Notes under the pieces: generated by a model
The model's database searches: none
What the model was told of the DNA's origin: nothing
The model's input: the letters and a program-made list of their open reading frames with translations, nothing else
Program-made: the position numbers and the translations under genes
Shown: positions 27,473-35,239 of the stretch, in pieces
Layout of the letters: every line of letters begins with the position of its first letter
How positions within the stretch are numbered: position 1 is the first letter of the stretch
Origin: Pseudomonadota bacterium
Lineage (GTDB): Bacteria; Pseudomonadota; Gammaproteobacteria; Pseudomonadales; Azotimanducaceae
Length of the DNA: 64,000 bases
Reading direction: 5' to 3'
NCBI GenBank assembly: GCA_022571415.1
Contig: JACZXW010000003.1
Location: forward strand, 834 to 64,833

Positions 27473-28975
27473 CTAGCAGTTGCCAACTTTCATGATTTCC
27501 TCCCGCTGGAGCGTGAAGACCTGATTGTCCACCGTTATTTCAAACTCGACATGATCGCCATTTTCCTCCAGGCGGACCTTCTCTCCTCCTGGTTTCGTGA
27601 GAACCCAACCCCTGGATGAAGCAATATTCACTAGTTTTACCAGGGTAACGGTGCCACTCGCCTCGGAATTTTGAGGATGGGCTGCGATATGTAAAGTATC
27701 TCCGTCCCATCTTGCCTCGCTAAGTGCAACGGTCGGAAAATCGACGCCTTCAACCGTTGGCTCGTCGAACTTGACAAGATTTGGTTCATTGAAAATTCGC
27801 GACCACGCTCCCTCGGTACAAACCCAACCTGCCATCAACCGGGCATTCCATTGACCCCGAGGATGGTGTTCATTTAGTTTGAGTCCAAAGGTGAATTCGC
27901 CAGTACTTTGCTCCCAGGTGGGTTCGATATGTTCTTCGGCAGCGTCCCATAGCCTTTGTTTTATCGACGGGTCCGCAAACTCCCCGGCAAGTTGCAGCAG
28001 GGTAGTAGCCGTTCCCGGATCATCAAGCCCTGTAATTGGGCCATCGCCGAATGTGCCGCTGGCGAGCGCTGCTGCGTTCCATCCTGCTGCGGCTATCTGA
28101 TTTTTTTGGGGAGCAAAATACCAGGCGGGTGCGATGATCCCCATCGAACTATGCAACACATGTTCATCCACAATCGGGTCATAGTAAAAGTCAAGGGCAA
28201 CGGGTTCACCATCGTTCCAGGAGACATAATTCCTGGAGGCGTATTCCCACCATTTCTCAAATGCACGATGATGATCGGTATCAAACAGCTGATCGTAAAG
28301 TCTCAGACCGAGACCGGCACCACTTAGTCAGTAGGGCCAGATTTTTGTATTCTCGCAGTGACAACCTGTCTGACTGTTGTGCCACTGCTCCGCCAGATGT
28401 TCGACAACTTTAGAGTGTGACCATGTAAAGGTGTTGGCACCGTCACGAATCATGTCAAACGATTCATCCCATTTTGAATCTCCCGACACATAGCGGTGCA
28501 ACCCCATGAGGAGCGAGAAAAACCCCTTGTAAAACAGCATGCCATCGGCTGCGATCGGGTCAGGTTGAATGCCATACGGATCAATTCCGTTTGCCGTCCA
28601 ACCAGGAACATTATAGTCACCCCAGAGTGAAGCCGGCACCAATGGGCGGTATCGATCCGGGTAGTGACTTCTGTCGGGATCATCACCAATTTGCGTCATC
28701 CAGTCTGAAGCCGACCACCAACTGGTATGCCTGCGGACCAATTCGTCGAGTATTTCGCTGTAGATCTCTCGCCAGGCGGGTGTACGGTCGCTCATCAAGG
28801 CCATGGCATAACTGGAGTCAATCAAATCAAATCTGTGCCATGACGTCATCGGCTCACCGGTAGTTTCATCCCAATGTGCATGGGGTCTGCCACCACGATC
28901 CCAATCGTCTTGCGTCCGTGTTTTCCTGTGTAGGTAGCGAAGCCATCCTAACGAACGGTCATCAAGTGCAACCAT
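27473..28975 (-). CDS. linalool dehydratase/isomerase (Ldi)-family protein: one 500-codon frame with a single in-frame TGA (candidate selenocysteine, otherwise a nonsense pseudogene)
   Basis: ORFs 28328..28975 and 27473..28171 are in the same frame. The 52 codons between them are open, and the only stop is the TGA at 28330..28328. DGMLFYKGFFSLLMGL and CENTKIWPY[TGA]LSGAGLGLRLYDQLFDTDH resemble the Ldi segments ENIMYKGHLNLMYGL and [29 protein letters not shown], as I recall them. Confidence 0.6.
28298..28330 (-). other. in-frame UGA plus downstream SECIS-like hairpin
   Basis: Minus-strand RNA: UGACUAAGUGGUGCCGGUCUCGGUCUGAGACUU. The stem is GUCUC/GAGAC (plus a G.U pair) and the loop is GGUCU. 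The loop G and U fall at +23/+24 from the U of UGA. Confidence 0.4.
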
Positions 28976-29092
28976 GTTTTAACGCCTCCAGCTTTGAAGC
29001 TAAATGTATCAGAACATGTAAACGACCCGCCATTGGCAAACCCAGATCTTCACCAGTCATGTGAATCTCTTTGTTCAAAAAAGCAGTCCAGC

Positions 29093-29857
29093 CTAGTGGT
29101 TCCACCAGGGCCTGTCAGAAAAGGGTCGCAGGTCGATTTCATGAGTCCATGCCGATCTATGTTGCCGGGCTATGTGGAAATAGGTGTCAGCGATTTCAGC
29201 GGGGAGTATCAAACCATCATGCTCCATGCCGCGAGTTTCTCGTAATTGCTGGAAACGATCCGGACCAAGCATTTTCCCGAGTGTATCAGGCGCATCCACG
29301 GCACCATCGATAATGATATGCGCGACGTGGATTCCTTTCGGAGCAAATTCAGCATTGAGCGACTGGCACAACAACCGTCGTCCGCCCATTGCGGCTGCGT
29401 GTGAATGTTGACCTGCATTGCCGCGCATAGCTGCAGTTGCAGAAGTAACTAAAATGGTACCTTTACCGCGTTCTTCCATGGATGGACAGACTGCCGATGC
29501 AAGCCGGAATAGCCCAAAAGTGCCCAGCCGCCAGCCCATTTCGAAGGCTTTATAGCTTGTGTCCTTTAGCGACCTGTCTCCAATTTGTGCACCCAGGTTG
29601 TAAACGGCGACTTCAATTGGTCCGATATTGGATTCAATAGTTGCAACCAGCTCTTCAATGCTGTTCTCTTCCACCGTATTGAGCAGGAATCCCGATGCTG
29701 AACCGCCTCCTTGCTCAATCTCTGCAACCATTTGATCGAGTCCATGCTGGTCGCTGCGTCTACAAAGGCAGGCATGGTAACCCTCTATTGCAAAGCGTTT
29801 AGCAACACTGCCACCAATCCCGGCACCTGCACCTATGACGAGACACACTGGTTTCAT
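29093..29857 (-). CDS. SDR-family short-chain dehydrogenase/reductase
   Basis: Glycine-rich NAD(P) motif: CLVIGAGAGIGGSVAKRFA. 254 aa. Confidence 0.85.
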   Translation of the reverse strand: MKPVCLVIGAGAGIGGSVAKRFAIEGYHACLCRRSDQHGLDQMVAEIEQGGGSASGFLLNTVEENSIEELVATIESNIGPIEVAVYNLGAQIGDRSLKDTSYKAFEMGWRLGTFGLFRLASAVCPSMEERGKGTILVTSATAAMRGNAGQHSHAAAMGGRRLLCQSLNAEFAPKGIHVAHIIIDGAVDAPDTLGKMLGPDRFQQLRETRGMEHDGLILPAEIADTYFHIARQHRSAWTHEIDLRPFSDRPWWNH

Positions 29858-29999
29858 CCCAGAACTCCTCTAGCTGGCCAAGGCCTGATAAAAAGACAAA
29901 TCACCTGGAATCACCATTGATGAACGCGACCATCAGACTCCCCAGGGCGACCTGATAGTTTAATCCAGGCGACAGGCGAGGGATGAAAGGTCTGGAAAA

Positions 30000-31406
30000 T
30001 CAACTAGACTTTTCCAGTGCACGTTTTTGCAATTCGGCCCGGATTCTCGCGTGTTCATCCTCATTCAGCGTAAATTTCGAAAACATGATGGTCCCTATCG
30101 CATAACAAACCAGCGGTAACAATCCATACAGCGTCACCATGGCGACCTGCACCGTCATCGTCTGCTCCTGGTTTGGCACAAATCCTGAAAACTGCAGAAC
30201 ATACCCGGTGACAAAGATCATGACGCCGGAAGCGCTCTTGAACACAAAGTTGAAAGCAGCAAAATAAGACCCCTCTTTCCTCTCCCCGGTTTTGTATTCG
30301 TCATAATCAATGATATCGCTCTGTATTGATGGCGCAATCGTCCCACCGCAACCCGCTGCCAGCCCAGCAAAAAAAGCGAAGAAGAAAAACGCACCAACTT
30401 TCATTTCTTCCGGCTCCAGGAACGGCAGACTAAACATCCCGCCAAATGAAAGTCCCGTCAGCATCATCGAAAACATCCACAACCGGATTTTGCCAAATTT
30501 TCTTGACAGGGGCAGCCACATGGGCACGGACAGGGTCGATGGGATCATGTAGGTCAGGATGATGGCCGGCGCCAAAGCAGGTCGTCCCACCACATACTGG
30601 GCGATGTACAGGGTCAATATGCCAATGACCGCACTGCCGATGTGCTCGATGAAGGAAACCACCAGCACCAGACGCGCATGAGGGTTCTGCCATACATCTC
30701 TGAACGCACCGTAGGGGCTCTGTTTTATTCGGCCCTGGAAGTCCGGCCTTTCACGTAATTTCACCACTGCATAGACGATAAGCCCGGTGCTTATCAATGC
30801 TGCCAATAGGCTTAGTTGAAACGCGGTCAGCCGGACTGCCTCTTCACCCCGTTGCTCCGCGTTGATAAGCAGTTGCATGCTGATAAGAGCGATAATTGAA
30901 CCAATGGTGTATGACGCATGCCTTAAGCCATAAAGCCGGCTGCGTTCATGGTAGTTCGGTGTTAACTCCGCCCCCAGGGACATATGCGGGACCATAAAAA
31001 GCGTCATTGCCGAATAAAAACCTATGACGCCTATTGCCATCCAGACGATCAGCCATGATCCTGACAATTGTTCAGGAGGTGAAAAAACCATGATAAAAGT
31101 CAAGCTAATCGGGACAATACTGGCCAGCAGCCAGATTCGCCGCCTTCCCATGGCGTGCCTGGTCTTGTCGCTGAGATAGCCCACAAGCGGATCGGATATC
31201 GCATCCCAAACCCGGGATATTCCGAATATGGTTCCCATAACGGCGGGGGCAATCAGCAGTACATCGGTGGAGAATTTCATGATGTACAGATTAATCAGCA
31301 GGTACATGTAGCCTATGCCTACTGTAGGCGTGCCATAAGCACTAATGACGCCCCAGCCTAACTTATCGCTCTTGTACTCGGGTACGTGTGTTGCAGTATC
31401 TGTCAT
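30000..31406 (-). CDS. MFS transporter, glycoside-pentoside-hexuronide (GPH/MFS_2)-like
   Basis: About 12 TM helices, and DPLVGYLSDKTRHAMGRRRIWL is a GPH-type loop motif. The start is placed at MTDTATH (31406), because the longer ORF-track start overlaps the divergent gene. Confidence 0.8.
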   Translation of the reverse strand: MTDTATHVPEYKSDKLGWGVISAYGTPTVGIGYMYLLINLYIMKFSTDVLLIAPAVMGTIFGISRVWDAISDPLVGYLSDKTRHAMGRRRIWLLASIVPISLTFIMVFSPPEQLSGSWLIVWMAIGVIGFYSAMTLFMVPHMSLGAELTPNYHERSRLYGLRHASYTIGSIIALISMQLLINAEQRGEEAVRLTAFQLSLLAALISTGLIVYAVVKLRERPDFQGRIKQSPYGAFRDVWQNPHARLVLVVSFIEHIGSAVIGILTLYIAQYVVGRPALAPAIILTYMIPSTLSVPMWLPLSRKFGKIRLWMFSMMLTGLSFGGMFSLPFLEPEEMKVGAFFFFAFFAGLAAGCGGTIAPSIQSDIIDYDEYKTGERKEGSYFAAFNFVFKSASGVMIFVTGYVLQFSGFVPNQEQTMTVQVAMVTLYGLLPLVCYAIGTIMFSKFTLNEDEHARIRAELQKRALEKSS

Positions 31407-31521
31407 GTACTTCTCTTTAGACCAATCTAATATAACACCGCAGTGGCCAATTTTATTAAAACCATAATTTCCGCTATTCTTAGCGCCGCTTTCCGTTGGC
31501 TCAAACTCTGGAGTAAAACAA

Positions 31522-33162
31522 ATGACAATGCAGAATACCCCACTTCTCATGTCTCGACTCCTTGGTCGAGGCGCTAAGCTGGACCCCAATGAAGAAATTG
31601 TTACCTTGTTGGAAAACGGTACCCATCGGCAAACATTAAAAACAACCTGGGATCGCGCGAATCAGCTGGCCGGCGCCTTGAATGACTATGGGATTGAAAT
31701 TGGAGATCGCGTGGCCAGCTTCATGTGGAACAACTATCGACATCTTGAGTTATACCAGGCGATACCGTCCATGGGCGCAGTTCTTCATACACTGAATATC
31801 CGTCTCGGCCCTACCGATCTTGTATACATCATCAACCACGCCCAGGACAGAATCATTTTTGCAGACGAGGATCTGCTCCCATTGCTGGAACCGCTCATCG
31901 AAAAAATTCCTTGTGTCGAATTGATCGTTATTTGCCGTCATGGTGAAGGCGGTGAGTCTTCGTTCCCAAACCTCGCGGACTATGAAGAATTTATCAGCAA
32001 TGCGGACAGCCACTACGACTGGCCAGACATCGAAGAAACTTCACCCATGGGTCTGTGCTACACGAGTGGCACCACCGGAAAACCCAAGGGTGTCATGTAT
32101 ACAAACCGGTCAACCTACCTGCATACCATCACCCAGGCCATGACGGATTCCATGGGCATGTCGGCACTGGATGCGATTTGCGGCATCGTGCCGATGTTCC
32201 ATGCCATGGGATGGGGAATACCCTTTACGGCGTCCATGCTCGGATGCAAACAGGTGATGCCGCATCGCTTCATGACGCCACAAAAACTGATCGAGCTAAT
32301 GGTCGATGAAGAAGTCACCATATCTGCCGGTGTGCCTACCATTTGGCAGGGGATAAGAAGCATCCTCGAAGACAACCCGGACAAGTATGACATGTCCAAC
32401 CTTTCGCGCTTGACCTGCGGTGGATCCGCACCCCCCGTATCCATGATGCGCTGGTATTGGGACACCTACGGTATTGAGATGATACAAGGCTGGGGGATGA
32501 CCGAGACCAATCCACTGGGGACTTTGTCTCGCAAGGTAGCAAAGCGTTCACACACCAGATTGACCGAAGACCAGCAATTTGAAAACGTCGCCAAGGCGGG
32601 ATTACTGATGCCCGGTCTCGAAATGGAAATTTTCGATGACAACTGGCAGGCGCAACCCCACGATGGTGAGTCCGTCGGGGAACTGCTGATTCGTGGACCA
32701 TGGATCTGTTCTGAATACTACAATGATCCGCAACCGGATAAGTTCCGCGACGGCTGGTTGCTCACCGGTGATGTCGCAAAGATCGATCCAGAGGAATACC
32801 TGATCATCACTGATCGATCGAAGGACCTGATCAAGTCGGGTGGCGAGTGGATCTCATCCGTCGATCTGGAAAATCATATCGTCGCACTTGAGGGCGTCAC
32901 CCAGGCTGCGGTCGTTGCCCAGCCCCATCCCAAGTGGGATGAGAGACCTGTGGCGCTGGTGATCCTGGTGGAAGGGTCTAATGTCACGAAAGAACTGATC
33001 CTGGAACACTGCGCGGAAATATTCGCCAAGTGGCAGCTGCCGGACGATGTTATTTTCGTGCAACAGATTCCGCTGACATCCACCGGGAAAATTGACAAGA
33101 AAACGATTCGCTCACAATTTGATGAGGAGAATTACAAGCTACCGGATTTGCGTACCGCATAA
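31522..33162 (+). CDS. AMP-dependent acyl-CoA synthetase/ligase (long-chain fatty acid-CoA ligase-like)
   Basis: AMP-binding motif LCYTSGTTGKPKGV, plus GWGMTET and a C-terminal GKIDKK. Confidence 0.9.
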   Translation: MTMQNTPLLMSRLLGRGAKLDPNEEIVTLLENGTHRQTLKTTWDRANQLAGALNDYGIEIGDRVASFMWNNYRHLELYQAIPSMGAVLHTLNIRLGPTDLVYIINHAQDRIIFADEDLLPLLEPLIEKIPCVELIVICRHGEGGESSFPNLADYEEFISNADSHYDWPDIEETSPMGLCYTSGTTGKPKGVMYTNRSTYLHTITQAMTDSMGMSALDAICGIVPMFHAMGWGIPFTASMLGCKQVMPHRFMTPQKLIELMVDEEVTISAGVPTIWQGIRSILEDNPDKYDMSNLSRLTCGGSAPPVSMMRWYWDTYGIEMIQGWGMTETNPLGTLSRKVAKRSHTRLTEDQQFENVAKAGLLMPGLEMEIFDDNWQAQPHDGESVGELLIRGPWICSEYYNDPQPDKFRDGWLLTGDVAKIDPEEYLIITDRSKDLIKSGGEWISSVDLENHIVALEGVTQAAVVAQPHPKWDERPVALVILVEGSNVTKELILEHCAEIFAKWQLPDDVIFVQQIPLTSTGKIDKKTIRSQFDEENYKLPDLRTA

Positions 33163-33181
33163 TTAAAAAAAGGAACTCCGA

Positions 33182-34570
33182 ATGACGGATGAGCTGTGGA
33201 AAAAATCAGCAACAGAGCTCGCGAAGCTCATCAGAAACAAGCAGGTTTCCAGCAGAGAAGTCGTTGAAAGCCACTTGGCACGCATAGACGCGGTAAATGA
33301 CAAGGTTAATTCCATCACGGTTGTACTGGCGGAATCTGCACTGGAAGCCGCTGACGCTGCAGACAGGCAGGACGCATCCGGTCCGCTGCACGGCGTGCCG
33401 TTTACCATAAAGGAAAACATTGATTGTGTCGGTTCTGCAACAACCCAGGGTGTACCCCTCCTGGCAGAGGCGCTGCCCCCCATTGACGCAACCGTCGTCG
33501 AGCGAATGAAAGCTGCCGGTGCTATTCCACTGGCCAGAACAAACCTTCCAGAAATGGCGCTACGCATTAGCACTGATAATCCTCTCAGAGGCAGAACCCT
33601 GAACCCGTGGAATGCGGAACGGACCGCGGGCGGATCGAGTGGCGGTGAAGGCGCGACCCTCGCCACCGGAATGAGCCCAATTGGCCTTGGCAACGACATT
33701 GGCGGTTCGCTGCGAAACCCCGCATTCTGCTGCGGTATTACATCACTGAAGCCGAGTGCCGGTAGAGTTCCACATGCGACTTCCATTCCTCCACAAGACA
33801 GTGGAATCGCCGTACAGGTCATGAACACCGAAGGTCCCATGGCACGCCATGTGAAAGACGTAAAATTAATGTATGAAATACTGTCTGGCCGGGACCCGCG
33901 AGACCCGGCTTCTGTCGATGCACCAATGGCTGGACCCGAACCTGCCAGTAAAAAGGTCGCCCTGGTTACCGAAATTCCCGGTATCGAACTCGTTTCATCC
34001 GCAGTCGAGGCCGTCAGAAGCGCCGCCGGTGCATTAAAGGATGCCGGTTGGGAAATTGTTGAAATACTCCCGCCCGAGCTGGAACAGGTCCACGAAACAT
34101 GGGCTTACGTCCTTGGTATGGATTTTGATCCACTTCTGCCGGAATTATCGACACTGATGTCAGCACCACCCGTCGAGATGCTGAAAAGACTTTTCATTCG
34201 CTATGATCCAAGTTCCGTCCGCCTCCCTGACATCCATTCAGAGCGAAACCGGCTCTGCCGGATCTGGTCAGAATTCTTCGATGAATACCCGATAATGGTA
34301 GGACCAACCTGGACAGATATTCAGTTCATCCATGACGCTGATATCGACCCGGACAGCGGCATGGAACTGACCATCAATCAGTTGCGCTTCATTACACCAG
34401 CCAATGTACTGGGTCTGCCCGCTGCTGCCGTTCCCACAGGCGTCACCAACGGCTTGCCGACAGGCGTACAGGTCTATGCGGACAGATGGCGGGAAGATCT
34501 ATGTCTCACGGGTGCAGAAATTATCGAAGCTGCCCTGGGTCAGATTTGCCCAATTGATCCTGTTTTCTAG
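33182..34570 (+). CDS. amidase (amidase-signature family)
   Basis: GGSSGGEGA signature with the Ser-cisSer-Lys context (PFTIKENI). 462 aa. Confidence 0.9.
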   Translation: MTDELWKKSATELAKLIRNKQVSSREVVESHLARIDAVNDKVNSITVVLAESALEAADAADRQDASGPLHGVPFTIKENIDCVGSATTQGVPLLAEALPPIDATVVERMKAAGAIPLARTNLPEMALRISTDNPLRGRTLNPWNAERTAGGSSGGEGATLATGMSPIGLGNDIGGSLRNPAFCCGITSLKPSAGRVPHATSIPPQDSGIAVQVMNTEGPMARHVKDVKLMYEILSGRDPRDPASVDAPMAGPEPASKKVALVTEIPGIELVSSAVEAVRSAAGALKDAGWEIVEILPPELEQVHETWAYVLGMDFDPLLPELSTLMSAPPVEMLKRLFIRYDPSSVRLPDIHSERNRLCRIWSEFFDEYPIMVGPTWTDIQFIHDADIDPDSGMELTINQLRFITPANVLGLPAAAVPTGVTNGLPTGVQVYADRWREDLCLTGAEIIEAALGQICPIDPVF

Positions 34571-34603
34571 ATCACCCTGATTCGACTTTAACTTGTAGAC
34601 TCT

Positions 34604-35239
34604 ATGCAGCCTATTCTCAGTTTCAGCTATACCGATGCACTGCGCCAGGCAATTGTTGCGAATGTGCAGGAATTCCAGGACAGGCGCCAGTCGAGTGATC
34701 ATCTCAAGCTGGCCGCGGTTGCCGTGACTATTTTTGAACACAACGGCGACGCTGCTGTCATTGTGACCAAACGCTCGCCCAGGCTGAAGGAGCATACGGG
34801 GCAGTGGGCAATGCCCGGCGGTAGGGTCGACGCCGATGAAACCGTGATTGAAGCCGCGCTGCGAGAACTGCGTGAAGAAGTAAACCTTGATCTGAGCGAG
34901 GACCAGGTTCTGGGGACGCTGGATGACTACGTTACCCGATCCGGCTATGTCATCACACCGGTCGTGGTCTGGGCGGGTATCGATGATCAGCACCTGCGTC
35001 CCAATCCCGATGAGGTTGCGTCAATTCACCCGTTCACTTTTCAGGAACTCAAAAGAGAGGATTCTCCTAATCTTACCTCCATTCCGGAGAGTGACAGGCT
35101 CGTACTCTCCATGAACTATTTTGAAGATGTGATATACGCGCCGACCGCGGCGATGCTCTACCAGTTTCGGGAGGTGGCGATAGAGGGCCGCGAAACCCGT
35201 GTGCTGGATTACGACCAGCCTGTTTTTGCATGGCGCTAA
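34604..35239 (+). CDS. NUDIX hydrolase (CoA pyrophosphatase-like)
   Basis: Nudix box: GGRVDADETVIEAALRELREEVNL. Confidence 0.85.
   Translation: MQPILSFSYTDALRQAIVANVQEFQDRRQSSDHLKLAAVAVTIFEHNGDAAVIVTKRSPRLKEHTGQWAMPGGRVDADETVIEAALRELREEVNLDLSEDQVLGTLDDYVTRSGYVITPVVVWAGIDDQHLRPNPDEVASIHPFTFQELKREDSPNLTSIPESDRLVLSMNYFEDVIYAPTAAMLYQFREVAIEGRETRVLDYDQPVFAWR

Noticed and set aside
28328-28330. The in-frame TGA could reflect a genome-wide UGA reassignment (to Trp or Gly).
   Set aside because: Several well-supported genes in this window terminate at TGA exactly where homologous proteins are expected to end, for example the vWA gene at 3041..3043 and the regulator gene at 53876..53878. UGA is therefore a normal stop codon here.
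31407-31589. The N-terminal 61-aa extension of the MFS transporter ORF.
   Set aside because: It overlaps the start of the divergent acyl-CoA synthetase gene and is Arg/Cys-rich. The Met at 31406 begins the conserved GPH-type N-terminus.
33163-33840. A 225-aa ORF lies antisense to the amidase gene. Similar long antisense or overlapping ORFs occur elsewhere, for example 45537..46166, 6148..6648, 23776..24567, 7349..7909 and 50448..50882.
   Set aside because: These are shadow ORFs opposite to, or out of frame with, well-supported genes that carry clear family motifs. Their translations are low-complexity (Ser/Ala/Arg/Pro-rich) with no recognisable motifs.
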